DNA from: Batkoa obscura | Lineage: Eukaryota | Direction: 5' to 3' | NCBI GenBank assembly: GCA_030770535.1 | Contig: JASVEC010000025.1 | Coordinates: forward strand, 310,001-374,000 | Length of the DNA: 64,000 nucleotides | Position numbers and translations under genes: made by a program | Shown here: positions 26,270 through 38,835 of the stretch, piece by piece | Layout of the letters: each line of letters opens with the position of its first letter | Numbering within the stretch: position 1 is the first letter of the stretch | The notes under the pieces: generated by a model | Seen by the model: only the letters and a program-made list of their open reading frames with translations | What the model was told of the DNA's origin: nothing | Database searches by the model: none

Positions 26270-28028
26270 TTAAATATCTAAACTTTTGTAAACTTTTACA
26301 ATTTGTTTATAAAAGTCCAAATTAGCATCTTCACAATTATATTCAGTATAATTATTCGATTCAATTAATTGAAAGATTAATTCAAGAGCATCTATTATGG
26401 GGTAATTCTCATTTATCAATTGAATAAATTGAGTACTATTACTATCTAACTTCACACCTGAGAAACTTGAATTCAAATGCTCCACCAAAGTTGGTATTAA
26501 ATCATCAATTGAATTAAGAATGACCTCTTCAAAATTTTGAGTTGGAATTGAGTTTGTCATTAATATAACTTCACTAACTTTAACTATCATCTCACAACTT
26601 TTGGCTATTAAATTATCTTCATAGCTATAAAATATTTTAACACTTTAATTTGTTTTTATATATAAAATTACCTTTTTAGAACTACAACTAAATAATTAAA
26701 AAATTTATTTAAAGGAACGGTTTGATTATTAAATACTTCATTTTCTAGCAAATAGCTATCTTCAATTAAATACTGGCAGATATCATTAGCTAATCGTAGC
26801 AATAATGGATGGTGTGTTGAGTCTTTAAACTATTCAATATTAATATAAAATCATAATCATTTTAACTACAATTACCTCGACATGATCTGTTAAAAAATAT
26901 AACAAATCCAAATAAGATTCCCTCAACCAAGTAATGAGTTGTACAATATTACTAGTATCGATTTCTATGATTGTTGCAAAGTCCTCTAAGCTCAAGAATT
27001 GAGTCATATGACCCAATATTTCCAACGAAGAAAAGAATGGTTGATTATCATAACTATCGTATTGAATCACTTCCAGAAGAGTTCTTACTTCGATTGCTGA
27101 CATTCTAACCAAAAACATAGCTATTTTCTTCTCGTCTTTAAGCCATTCAAATGAAAAATGTCGAATTAAAATGTTACTTAATATTATTGCTTTATCTTTA
27201 TATTCTGTAGAATGCCTACTATTTAATAATAAGTAAATGTTGTTTCTTAATTGACTGAAATCATAGCTATTATTATTCAAATAATACTTTAAAACTTTAG
27301 TATTACAATCTTGGAGACAATCAATTATTACACTCATGTAGTCCAGCTTATGTTCAACATCAACACCGTCCAGTTGAACAGCAATGTATTTTAAAAATTC
27401 GTTTATGGCCACTTGATACTCTTTTTCATTTTCTTGATTTAGTAAAGTTTTTCCAAAGTTTGAAATTAATGTAGCCCATTTATCTTTCTTGTTATCTTTT
27501 TTAATTATTAGCTGATGACCATAATCTATTAATTTTTTCATTAAACTATTTTCAAACAATGGTCTTCCTTTAATTACATACAAACTACTTTTTAAATCTA
27601 AACTTAGCTTATAAAATATATCTAATAGTAGATCTTCATGATTCTTTTTGACTAAATGATTTAGCAATAATGGAATCCTTGCAAGTAGAATATCGCTGTT
27701 AAATTGGTTTTCTAAGGAATATAGATGAGAAATTACATTTATTCCTAGATCGTTCATCGTTTTGTTTTTAACATATTCTTCGCTTTCATTATCCAAATCT
27801 TTACTCATACCTGTAAATTAGCTTCAAATAGTTATAAATAAATTTAAACTAATTACCTTGTTTCAATAGCCTATCTAGAAACTTAAAGTTCATTTTTTGG
27901 AATAAGAAATTCAAGTCCTCTTCCTTTTCCTTATCTAAAACTTTACTTAACAAATACAAGCTTGAAAACTTTTTTTCATCACTAGTTCCTGCTTCTAATC
28001 CTTCCGCAATCTTCTCTTTTTCTGACAT
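26270..28028 (-). CDS. Neurochondrin-family ARM-repeat protein, multi-exon
   Basis: SDEKKFSSLYLLSK...FKFLDRLL N-terminus and LVRMSAIEVRTLLE, typical of neurochondrin. Confidence 0.7.
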
Positions 28029-28610
28029 TTTTAAATAAAAAGGTTTCTGCATATTGGAATGCTTAGTTTATGGTTTAAGTTTTCCGAGTGCAAAATTCAT
28101 TTTAAAATTTGCAAATTAAGTAAACAAGCCAAACTTGCTTTTAAACTAAATAGCACCTTCAATTACCTGATAGTATCCCTGTCTTAAAAGCTTGTTTTGA
28201 AATCAAAGGATCCTTATTAAAGGTTTTTAGCTTGTTTTAAACTTTTATAAATGTACTGTGGATGCCTTTTTTATTACTAATTTAACTAATGATTTGTTTA
28301 ATTTTTAAGATTAAAAATAGAAAAAATAGTGAAAAACATTCTTAAACAACCTGAATCAACTAGGTTTAGTAAAAGTTATATTGACTATTTTATTTTAATG
28401 ATAATGAAAAACAAGTATATTTGAATGAATTTAATGAACTAAATTATTTTCTAAGCTATCATATCAATCAATTAAAAACTTACCTTAAAGTTTCAATTAA
28501 TTTATGTACATTCCGAATTTAAAGAAAGTCATAAAAAATACTAAATAAGCTTCACGCTACAAATATTGCTTTTTTTATTGTATATTTAATAGGTTTAGTT
28601 ATAAATAAAT

Positions 28611-30554
28611 TTAAATACCAAAAGCGTCTAAAGAAACTTGTTCCCAAACTTTGAAAGGGTTAAAAGTAGTATTAGGATTATATGGAAAGCGCTTACTTGT
28701 AGGAATCCAAGTAAACTCTAGAGGGCGAAGCTCACTAAATTTTGTAGAATAAGCTTCACGAATAGGGAAAGAAAACTCAGAGTTAGTTTTAAAAGGCTTT
28801 GGAACATCTGGATGATTTGATAAGTTTGATGATTTAAGGCCATATTCTATCAATTCAAATGGAGCAACCATTCCACCAGCCATTGACGATACAGTGGCTT
28901 GCTGGTTTTTAAGTCCTCCAATAGAGTAACTTTTTACACCATGTATTTCTTGTAATCCATAAGCTAAAAGGCAGCAGGTCGAATAGCACACCGAATTCGA
29001 TAATACTATTATGTCTTCTGTTTTAAATGGTTGAGTATTATTATTAAGTAAAGATCGTAATGGATTTTGGAAGCAATTGTCAAGGAATAAATTTGTATAT
29101 TTGCTACCTGTATTTAGTCCACGAGTATAGGTTTTAGTTTCTTTAAAAAAATCTGCATTACTTATTGGAGACCCATCTATTTGGGTACTATTATCTTTAA
29201 AATTATAATCTGGATACCTAAAATACTTAGCTATATCAGCAATAAGTGGATTGTAATGCATATCGGTGGCAAATTTCTTGATCTCTGTATTAGGGAATAA
29301 ATACTCTAAGATATTATACCCAAGACATATCTTTCCGCCACCATTGTTACTCAACTCTAGAATTAATTTACTGGCCTTCTTGTCTTTTAAGCTTTGAAAT
29401 ACACTACGGATTTCATCATTCCAAAGGTTTTCGTTTTGAGGGCTAAAATCAGGTATAGTAATGACTCCTACTTTATCATTAAGTAAATATGATTTTAAGT
29501 AAATTCCATCAAAAAGTGGTGAAAAAAGAGGATGGACTTCTTTCACCATTCCAAGATTCGGGACTTGGCTGTTATTTACTTCCTTAGCATCAGATATTTC
29601 GAGATTCAGAGCTTGGTCAATCTTTACTTCCTTAGCATCAGATATTTCACTATAGCCTAATTTGATATCCCCAACTTGAAGTTCATTGAGTAATGGTTGG
29701 CGATAACAAAAAATTTTCATAAAATCCATAGAAAGATTGTATTGTTGTGGTACTAAAGCGATATAAGGAACAGCAACTCTTTTCTCTTGATTGTCAATTC
29801 TAAAAATAAAATTTATAGTTTCATTTTTGGGAGGAATATCTGTTGAAGCAAATGCTCCATGGTATATGCCCCATTTCCCACCTTTCTGTATAACTCTGGC
29901 TGTAGAAAAATTAATACGTGAGTTAAGATCTCTAGAAATTCCAACATATTCCCTGGTATATTCTTGTAAATATTCTAAAGGTTGGAATCCATTAATAGCT
30001 AAGATTTCTTTTCCAGCATACTTAGTTACGTCTATCCCTGATGAGTTCCATGCTTGAATGAGTTCGTTTGGATAATTAAGGTTTTCAAGCACTTTGACTT
30101 TTACATCTCCCCATTGATTTTCTTCTGTGAATACTGGAAAAGGCTGCTTAAACTCAAACAAGGTAGCGCATTTCGACTTATATCTAAGATGACCATCATA
30201 AAGAGACTTAAAAAATTTTGTAATCGAATTATGAAACTCATTTTCAGATTTATATGACTTTGATACCACTGTAGCTAACTCTGCTCTAATGTTAATATAA
30301 CTAGGCATGTTGGGCTCCGGGGAACGTTCTGCCGAATCAATGAAAGCATAAAATGGAAGTGATTTGTTAATACTATCATATACTGAGTTTTTTATTTCTG
30401 GCGCCAATTCGATTTTATTTAAACAGGCTATTGCATCTTTATAGCTTACTATTAATTTTTTTGAAATTGCTGCACAAGGATCAGGTATTTCAATTTCGGC
30501 AGAATTAATCAAGATGAATGATAAGAGCAAAGGAACTAATGGTTTGATGATCAT
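28611..30554 (-). CDS. Secreted S41-family (tail-specific/CPAF-like) peptidase, intronless
   Basis: Signal peptide; LYDGHLRY, VGVITIPDF, LILELSNNGGG and LSNSVCYSTC (catalytic Ser). Confidence 0.85.
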   Translation of the reverse strand: MIIKPLVPLLLSFILINSAEIEIPDPCAAISKKLIVSYKDAIACLNKIELAPEIKNSVYDSINKSLPFYAFIDSAERSPEPNMPSYINIRAELATVVSKSYKSENEFHNSITKFFKSLYDGHLRYKSKCATLFEFKQPFPVFTEENQWGDVKVKVLENLNYPNELIQAWNSSGIDVTKYAGKEILAINGFQPLEYLQEYTREYVGISRDLNSRINFSTARVIQKGGKWGIYHGAFASTDIPPKNETINFIFRIDNQEKRVAVPYIALVPQQYNLSMDFMKIFCYRQPLLNELQVGDIKLGYSEISDAKEVKIDQALNLEISDAKEVNNSQVPNLGMVKEVHPLFSPLFDGIYLKSYLLNDKVGVITIPDFSPQNENLWNDEIRSVFQSLKDKKASKLILELSNNGGGKICLGYNILEYLFPNTEIKKFATDMHYNPLIADIAKYFRYPDYNFKDNSTQIDGSPISNADFFKETKTYTRGLNTGSKYTNLFLDNCFQNPLRSLLNNNTQPFKTEDIIVLSNSVCYSTCCLLAYGLQEIHGVKSYSIGGLKNQQATVSSMAGGMVAPFELIEYGLKSSNLSNHPDVPKPFKTNSEFSFPIREAYSTKFSELRPLEFTWIPTSKRFPYNPNTTFNPFKVWEQVSLDAFGI

Positions 30555-31484
30555 TTTGGTCAGTAAAGTGTTTACTCTATCCTCGCTTTATATACATTTG
30601 TAGAAGCTGACTTATTCCTTAAATATAAGTTATTTTGTCTAGATTTTCGGATTTATCATGTGTCACAATAGGTTAACAACCTTCAAATATGAACCTAATC
30701 ATATGCAGCGGAGTAATTCAAAAGGTGAGAATCTACATGAACCATAACTGTTCTTATTACATTTAATTATGTTTCCATCCTAAACAAGTAAAGGAATAAA
30801 TCTTAAATTGACAAGCTTTAAGAAAATTTATATAATTTATTATAGGTTTTATGAGTTACTTATAAAGGAAATATTTTAAATTTAAGTACATATTTGACAA
30901 TCTTTACTAGCGTTATTTTCAATCAAAAGATTATGAAAAGGGTATATTTTAATAGCCACTTGCAAAATACTGGCTATAATTAGCATTTGTTGTTTTTAAA
31001 ATTGACATGTCCGTTTATTAGGTTATTCAGGATTGAAAATGCCCTATTCATAATTGCGAATATTCTACCTAAGATTATAAATCCTTTATATCAACAGAAT
31101 TTATATTTCTGAATAGAGTATTTATAAGCTTAAACAACCTTGTAAAATTTCACAATTATAATTAAAAATTAAAAATTCATTCATAGTTTATATTTGATCT
31201 ATGTATAAAATTTATCTTGTAATAGATAGATGTATATTATTCCAAAAAAAAAATACCAAATATAATACAAGATTATTTTTAATTACTTTATAAGTTTTTC
31301 ATAAGCGCTTTACTTAATGTAGATTACGTTAGAAATATTATTGGTGTAAAAAGTGTGAACTTTAGTTTGTGATCTTAAAAATTAAAATAGTATATTGAGT
31401 TGAAATATTTATTTTTAAGCTATACTTAAGATTTGAATCAGCTACTCGAACTAATCCTTCTAAATTCAATTATTATTTTATCAT

Positions 31485-33656
31485 ATGATGGAAGGTTTTA
31501 AAAAAAAGAAATTTAAATTTAATACCACTCATGCAACAAAAATAAGTTTAGGAGAAGATAATGACGAAAAGGTAACCGAGTTGCCTATTAAATTATCAGG
31601 ATCAGATAATGAAGTATTAGCTCAAAGTAAGTTTTAATAAATAAAAGAATTTCTTTAACTCTTTTCTTAGACGATCATATTTTAAATAAAGAACCGGGGG
31701 ATATTCAAGATAACGATGAAAAAGAAAAAAAAGTAGAAAAGAAGGAAGAGGAAGAAGAAGAAGAAGAAGATCCGTTGGAAGCATTTATGTTGGGAATAGA
31801 AAATGAAACTAAAAAGCAAGCAAGTGAACCAAGTCGAGGACCAAGATCATTAGGAATGGGAGAAGAGCAAGAGGATGTAATGGAATCCTTTTTGAAGCAC
31901 CGAAAAAAGAATATCAATCTAATTCCAGTGATAAAAACCAATAAAGAAATGGATTCTGATGAGGAAGTGTATGCAACAGCAAGAGCTGTTGATGAACAAG
32001 GAGATGTAGAATATGATTCGAATGATGAAATAGTTATTAAAAACAAAAAAGATATTGAGCCACTGAAACCGATAAATCACGAAGAAATAGAATATTTAAA
32101 AATAGTTAAAGATGTTTATAAAGAGCACTCTGACATTTCTAACTTATCTGTTGATAAAGTTAAAGAAATAAGGGAACTATATAATATCAAAGTTGAGGGA
32201 AGAGACATAGCAAAACCATGCTTAGTGTTTGGCCACTTCCAATTTGAAGATAAGTTAATCGATAGAGTTGCTAGGTCACAATATGAAAGCCCAACTCCAA
32301 TACAAATGCAAGCCGTACCTATTGGCTTAAAAGGGAGAGACATGATAGCTATCGCTCAAACTGGTAGTGGAAAAACAGCAGCCTACCTTTGGCCGCTTAT
32401 TAATCACATATTGAAACAGAGTAAAAAGAAGGATAGAGAAGGGCCTATCGGTATTGTATTAGCACCTACGCATGAGTTAGCAATCCAAATAGGAAATGAA
32501 GCAAAAAAATACAGTAAAAGCTATCATTTTAATGTATGTATTGGATGTGGAGGTATTTCTAAACAGCAACAGTTTAGAGAGTTAAGAAGTGGTGCTGATA
32601 TTTTAGTTGGAACACCAGGGAGAGTGATTGATTTGATTAAAATGAAAGCGTTTAGTTTATACAGAACTTCATTTTTAGTATTAGATGAAGCAGACCGCAT
32701 GTTGGATTTAGGCTTTGAGCCTCAAGTAGTTTCTATAGCGAATAATATTCGTCCAGATAAACAAACATTAATGTTTTCAGCAACTTTACCAAAAAGTATT
32801 GAAAAGTTATCAAGAAGGCTATTAAATGACCCTATTAAAGTTACGATTGGTGGGGTTGGAATGGTAATATTGTTGATAAGATTTCTATAACTATTCATTT
32901 TTAACTACCATTTAGCTTCATCCAGATATTACTCAGGAATTTGAAGTACTTGACGAGCCTCATCTAAAATGGCCTACTTTATTAAAGTATTTACCTGATT
33001 GGTTAGTTAATAAATATGGCGTCCTTATTTTTGTATCTACAATTATGGCTACACAGCAATTACAAGCCTCTTTAGTTCAAATGGGTTATTTATGTAAATA
33101 AGATTAAATATTTATAATATTATATTAATTGAATTAGGCGCTTCGATTCATGGTGATTTGATGCAAAATGAAAGGGATGAAGTACTGAGTAAATTTAAAA
33201 ATGGAAGCGTTAAAATATTAATTGCTACTGATGTAGCAGCACGTGGGTTGGATGTGCCAATAGTGCAGGTGGTAGTTAACTACGATGTTGCCAAAGACTT
33301 AGACTCCCATATACATAGAATTGGGCGTACTGGTAGAGCTGGAAGCAAAGGGTATGCTTTAACAATGCTTATAAAAAGTGAGAATCATGACCAATTTATG
33401 GCTCATCAATTTGTTACTTCATTCAAAAAACAAAACATTAATATACCTAGCTCATTATTCACAATTGCTAAAAGGGTAATTACATTTTTAATATTAACCA
33501 TAGTTCTAACGTATTCTTTAGAAAGGGAAAATTAGTTTCAACAACAACAAAAATTTTAAACCAAGACCCAAAGAACAGTTCGGAGTTGGCTTTAACCAAC
33601 AATCTTCTTCTGGTTCCACTTCCTTTTCAAGGTTTAAAAAAGCTTCAGACTTTTAA
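31485..33656 (+). CDS. DEAD-box RNA helicase, DDX42 (SF3b125)-like, multi-exon
   Basis: EEDPLEAFM, DSDEEVYATA..VD (DDX42-like), AQTGSGKT, DEAD, SAT, ARGLD and HRIGRTGRAG. Confidence 0.88.
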
Positions 33657-33906
33657 TTGATATAATTGTTATTTAATCATAGTATAGTTTCTATTTGTTT
33701 GTTTTTGATTTCAGTTTATAGTTTTTAATGTTAAATGTTTAAATTTTAAATTTCATTTAATATGTGAGTAATATTGAAGATTATTTATTGAAATTGTATA
33801 AATCACAGTTTAAAATCTTTGCTTACGTATGTTTGAAAAACAACATCAAATTCAACACTATAAAATTCTTGAGCTATAATTTAAACATTGCTTTTTCAAA
33901 ATTTGT

Positions 33907-34806
33907 ATGACAAAAATGAATTTTAGTAAAGTTAATGAAAATGAATTACTACTAGAACCTTACAATTATCTATCTAGTAACCCAGGAAAATCTTTTTGTA
34001 CAAAATTATTGGAAGCCTTTCAACTATGGCTTAAAATTGATAATAAATATTTAAAGACGATAGGCGAAGTATTGGAAATGCTACACAGTGCTTCATTGCT
34101 TATTGATGATGTGCAAGATAATTCAGAACTAAGAAGAGGAATTCCAGTAGCCCATCGCATCTATGGAGTACCAATAACAATTAACTGTGCTAATTATATT
34201 TACTTTTTAGCATTACAAAAGATATGTGAATTAAATAATCCAAAGCTAATTGAAATTTATTCACTAGAATTAACTAATTTGCATAAAGGGCAAGGTATGG
34301 AATTACATTGTAGGGACAGAAGTATATGCCCAACCCAGGAGGAATACTTATATATAGTGAAGAATAAAACTGGTGGTTTATTAAGGTTAGGAGTTAAAAT
34401 GATGCAGGAAGTTTCGAATTTTGAGGAAGATTACGTACCATTAGTTAATTTGTTAGGAACGTTTTATCAAATCAGAGATGATTATATTAATTTAAAAACA
34501 GATGAGTATCATTCTGCTAAAGGATTTTGTGAGGATTTAAGTGAGGGCAAGTATTCTTTTCCAATTATCCACTCTTTGAGGACATCCGATAATATTCATC
34601 AGTTAGAAAACATATTGAAGCAGCATAGTGAGAACGTTGATTTAAAGAAGCATGCCTTGAAATTAATGGATGAAACTAATTCTTTTGGATATACTAGAGA
34701 TTATTTACTTCAGCTTCTAAAAGAAATAAAAGCCATGGTTAAAAATTTAGGTAGCAATCCATTATTTTTAGACCTAATCACGAAGTTGGAAAGTGGTGTA
34801 ATCTAA
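33907..34806 (+). CDS. BTS1: Geranylgeranyl diphosphate synthase, intronless
   Basis: LLEPYNYL..PGK, DDVQD..RRG (FARM), GQGMEL, KTGGL, QIRDDY and EDLSEGKYSFP. Confidence 0.92.
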   Translation: MTKMNFSKVNENELLLEPYNYLSSNPGKSFCTKLLEAFQLWLKIDNKYLKTIGEVLEMLHSASLLIDDVQDNSELRRGIPVAHRIYGVPITINCANYIYFLALQKICELNNPKLIEIYSLELTNLHKGQGMELHCRDRSICPTQEEYLYIVKNKTGGLLRLGVKMMQEVSNFEEDYVPLVNLLGTFYQIRDDYINLKTDEYHSAKGFCEDLSEGKYSFPIIHSLRTSDNIHQLENILKQHSENVDLKKHALKLMDETNSFGYTRDYLLQLLKEIKAMVKNLGSNPLFLDLITKLESGVI

Positions 34807-36026
34807 GTCCTTTGACCCTGATAAAAGTTCTAATTGTTCAACTATATATGAGTTTTAAAAATAAATATTTAAATTATTTCAATTTTAAAATAACAATTAT
34901 TTTAAGAATTAAAATTCAAGTTCTAAAGCTAAAAGTTCGACAAATTTAATAAAATAAATTTTTAAATCCTTATTTAAGCTGTAAACTAATAGAAAAAATA
35001 AAAATCATTATTTATGAAAGTTCTCCCTGTAATACTAAATTATTATATTAATTCAAGCTCTTGACAGGGATCTAAATGATTTTACGAAGGTTTTTATGGC
35101 TTCGGTGACAAAACTCAATAGAAAATTATACTAAATCAAACTACTACTTTATTGAAATATATCGTTCAATCGTTCCCTCACATTCTTTTCTATGTGTCTT
35201 CAATAATTTTTCACCACAATATCTTAAGACAAAATTAATAGTCCTTACACAAAAGTGTTTTGTTTTCAATCAAATATATTTTACTCAAATATAGTTTTTA
35301 AAAACACTTCTTTTTTCATTAGATTTTCAAACTGAAATAATAATTTCTAAATTTAATAATGATTGTTTAAATTTAATAAATTGTATGTTCACTATCTTAT
35401 ATTTATATGAGCATGGAAAATAACTTTTGATGATATTTATACCCCTCCTCGAGCTTTATGATAACAAGCAGCTCTTGATATTTCTTTATTTTTTGACTTC
35501 TCATACATTAACTAATAGGAAGTTAAAAATTAATTTTAATTAGTCTTTTGTATTTAAGTGTTCTGGCATTACACATACTGTAACGTAAATAAGTTAAAGT
35601 AAGCTGATCAATTTAGTTACTTTATCATTCTTAATCGGTATCTTTACCTTATTATTATTCGTTGATATATTTTAATATAAATGCTATTAATTAAAAAACA
35701 ATACTTAAAGCTAACTATTAATTTTCTCAAAAGTAAAGTTGTTATAAAAAAGTCGATACTTAAACTTAGATAAGAATGTATTATAAAGTCTAATGTTACA
35801 TGAATACCACATTAAAAGGATGCGGTTGTTTTATTATCACAAAATTTGAAGAAGCTTTTACAATCAATTTCAAAAATATCCATAAATAGTTTTTACTCAA
35901 AAATATGAAGCTTTTAAATGTTAAATGTAAATTATCATCATTTATTTCTCATAAACTATTATGTATAAGTTTGTTATTTGACATAAAAAATATATTATAC
36001 ACATCACACTTTCATTGAGTAGTCAG

Positions 36027-37115
36027 TTAGTACTTATAGGAATAGGTTGGGTAAGCATAAGTAGTAGTTTTGGTTGGTGGGGTAGGTTTAGGACAAGTAC
36101 TGACGGTGGTAGTCAAAGTTTTGGTATCAGTTTTGGTTTTAGTATCAGTCTTAGTTTGAGTAAGGGTTTTGGTATCAGTTTTAGTTATGGTTTTAGTGGC
36201 TGGTGGGATAGTGTAAGTTGGAGTGGGGGTACATGGACTGACGCTGGTTACAGTAATAGTCTTGCTTACAGTAGTTGGGACAGTGACAGTTTGGGTTTTA
36301 GTATTATCTTTAGTTATAGTGGTGGTGACTGGTACACTGATGGTACTGGTTGATACAGAGACATTAGTTACGGTAGTAGTAGTTGGTACAAGGACAGAGG
36401 TGGTACTGGTTTGAGTTTGAGTCTCAGTTACTTTTGAAGTAACAGTATCATGGATAGTAGAAGTTTCAGTCTTGATATCAGTTAAAGTAGTTGGGACGGT
36501 GGTAGTAACAGTTGAGGTAGAAACATCAGTCTTAGTTTCGGTCAAAGTAGTTGGGACAGTGATGGTAACAGAAACTGTATCAGTCTTAGTTTCAGTTAAT
36601 GTAGTAGGAACGGTACTAGTAGAGACTAATGTGGTGGTTTGGGTATCAGTAACAGTATCAGTTTTGGTACTTACATTGGTTGAAGTTACAGTATCAGTCA
36701 AAGTCTTGGTTTCAGTATCCGTAACAGTTTGAGTGTTGGTTATAGTAGTTGGAACAGTGACAGTAGTGATTTCAGGAGTAGCTACAGTTGTAGTAACAGT
36801 TGCAGTATCAGTTTGAGTCTTAGTGACAGTGTCATGAACAGTTTCTTTTGAAGTAATAGTAGATGTAACTTCATTTGTAACAGTAGTGGGAACAGTAATT
36901 GTTACAGGAGTAGTTTCGGTTTTAGTCTCAGTTTTAGTTATTTCCTTAGTAGAAGTTAATGTAGTTGGTTGTATAAGAGTTGAAGTAACTACGCTAGTGT
37001 AACTGCATTTAGATACAGTACTAGTTTTAGTTTTGGTAATAGTAACGGTATAGTGAGCAAGAGCTGGAGAAATTCCAATGGCAATTAAGGCAATTAAGCT
37101 ATAAAAATTTTTCAT
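36027..37115 (-). CDS. Secreted Thr-rich mucin/adhesin-like protein
   Basis: Signal peptide MKNFYSLIALIAIGISPALA; repeated T(V/I)TVPTT and TKTD units; strong codon bias. Confidence 0.85.
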   Translation of the reverse strand: MKNFYSLIALIAIGISPALAHYTVTITKTKTSTVSKCSYTSVVTSTLIQPTTLTSTKEITKTETKTETTPVTITVPTTVTNEVTSTITSKETVHDTVTKTQTDTATVTTTVATPEITTVTVPTTITNTQTVTDTETKTLTDTVTSTNVSTKTDTVTDTQTTTLVSTSTVPTTLTETKTDTVSVTITVPTTLTETKTDVSTSTVTTTVPTTLTDIKTETSTIHDTVTSKVTETQTQTSTTSVLVPTTTTVTNVSVSTSTISVPVTTTITKDNTKTQTVTVPTTVSKTITVTSVSPCTPTPTYTIPPATKTITKTDTKTLTQTKTDTKTKTDTKTLTTTVSTCPKPTPPTKTTTYAYPTYSYKY

Positions 37116-37870
37116 TATATTAGATTTATATTAAAAGAGTGGATTAAGTAGCTAAGTTGATACACAAATTTACTATGAAATTCACCACTATATATACTTT
37201 TCAATTTTTCATATTGATTAGTAAATAATAAATAATACGGTGATGATAGATTATATCAAACTAAACGTAGTAAAATGGTTCACGCATTTGGGTATTCTTT
37301 GTTGTGATCTATTTACTAATGTGAGGGCTAATTAAAATCTTGATCAATATTCGCTTTTATTTAAGTTCCACTTAAAATAAAAAAATAATCTCGAAAAGGC
37401 TATTAAAGTAATTTTTTTAAATTATTTATAATCTTGTGTTTATGTAAAGTTCACTGCAGTTTTATTAAAGTATTCAATAGCCTTAATTTTTACAAATTAG
37501 TTAGGTATAAAACATTTTTGATGCTTTCAAGTTGAGAGAATAAATAATCAAATTGTTTAGAGAACCAAAACAAACCATTGAAATCCCCTTTCTTTTAAAA
37601 GTTGATTATAAATAAAATAGTTAATGAATAACTTTTGAGGTAGATTCCTGTTTCCTTAAATATGGTGCTAACCTTTGTTTTTGAGAACTACCAAAGTATA
37701 TTATTTTAAGGCAAAAAGATAATACTGCACCACTCACATAATACAAATAGTTATTTTAAAATGATGCATGTGTAAAATATGTTATACGTTTATAGTAATT
37801 ATATTTAATATTTCCTATTTTCGCTTTATTTTAATAAACGAATTCAAACTGCAGTTCTAATTTACTATAT

Positions 37871-37970
37871 GGGGGGTGCTTTTTTTGGCTTCATCACTTT
37901 TTCCATCTTTTAATTGCTATCTAAGCGGAAAAATTGTTAGTAAAATTTTTAAACACAAAAATATACCTCC
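37871..37970 (-). mobile_element. Mini-MITE family A, copy 7
   Basis: ATAT flanks; empty site in duplicate B at ~41052-41075. Confidence 0.9.
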
Positions 37971-38215
37971 ATATTAAGTTTTAGTAAGTTTAGAAACAGG
38001 TGAGTTTGAATCATGTCCAAAACAAACTGTAAATAAAATTTTTCAGTTTGATTTCAATTTAAATTGCAGAATTCATCAACTAGTTTCAAAATTAAGCAAA
38101 GAAACAATTATTTTCTCGCTGTTTACGGGTGATTACAAATTTTATAATAAAATTAAAATTGAAAGAAAATTGAACTCTAACTATAAACCAACCTAAATAT
38201 AAATTATAAAGTATA

Positions 38216-38390
38216 CCGGTTCTTTTTCCCTCCTTTCGTTTAACTGAATTTCTAGTCTACCCTCCCCTTTCTTTTTTTCCCCTGTATCTCTTCTATTCTA
38301 TCAGTTAATCATTCAAAAAATTTTCTTCCAACAATAAAACGCTTAGTGGGGTAGCCTTTGGGTTCTTCAAAATTTTCCAAAAAAAAAAAG
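38216..38390 (+). mobile_element. Pyrimidine-rich insertion ending in poly(A), possible retroposon 3' end
   Basis: Absent from duplicate B; AATAAA followed by an 11-A run. Confidence 0.4.
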
Positions 38391-38616
38391 CGCAAAACTT
38401 ATAAAAAGTATGAAGGTTAAATATTTTATTCATAGAGTGATTTGATAGTTTTTTCAGTAAAAGCTACAATTGTGATTTGAGATTAAGTGATCTAAAGTTA
38501 AGATAGAGCAAGTCAGATAAAATCAATCTTTAAAAAAAAAAATACTACCTATCCAAAATAAGTGTTTGATTTGCGAAAAAAGTTTATAATTCTTTTAGAA
38601 TTTAATAAGACTATAT

Positions 38617-38715
38617 GTGGATGTATTTTTGTGTTTAAAAATTTTACTGACAATTTTTCCACTCAAATAGTGATCAAAAGATGGAAAAAGTGATGGAGCC
38701 AAAAAAAACACTCTC
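38617..38715 (+). mobile_element. Mini-MITE family A, copy 8
   Basis: Full-length match; ATAT on the left. Confidence 0.85.
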
Positions 38716-38719
38716 TTAT

Positions 38720-38835
38720 GATATTTTTTAGTTTCAATTCTTTTTCCAATTCTTTTTCCAATTCTTTTTCCAATTTTTAAACGCTATTAAGTGGAAAAGT
38801 TATTAGCACAACTCTTAAACAAAAAAAGACACGCC
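38720..38835 (-). mobile_element. Mini-MITE family A, copy 9 (inverted, degenerate, internal 12-bp triplication)
   Basis: AATTCTTTTTCC x3, then ACGCTATTAAGTGGAAAAGTTATTAG...CTTAAACAAAAAAAGACACGCC. Confidence 0.7.

Larger units (their letters stand above)
35960..38500. repeat. Segmental duplication copy A (Thr-rich gene plus flanks); copy B at ~39540-41710
   Basis: Colinear similarity across the 3' flank, CDS and ~1.3 kb of upstream DNA. Confidence 0.85.

Noticed and set aside
11695..32343. Antisense ORFs 11695-12048, 17455-17655, 18397-18645, 29791-30257 and 31705-32343
   Set aside because: They overlap well-supported genes on the opposite strand and show no recognisable motifs
159..34806. 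ERG8, COQ4, SDH3 and GGPP synthase as an isoprenoid/ubiquinone gene cluster
   Set aside because: They are spread over 35 kb and interleaved with unrelated genes; no terpene cyclase or tailoring enzymes lie nearby
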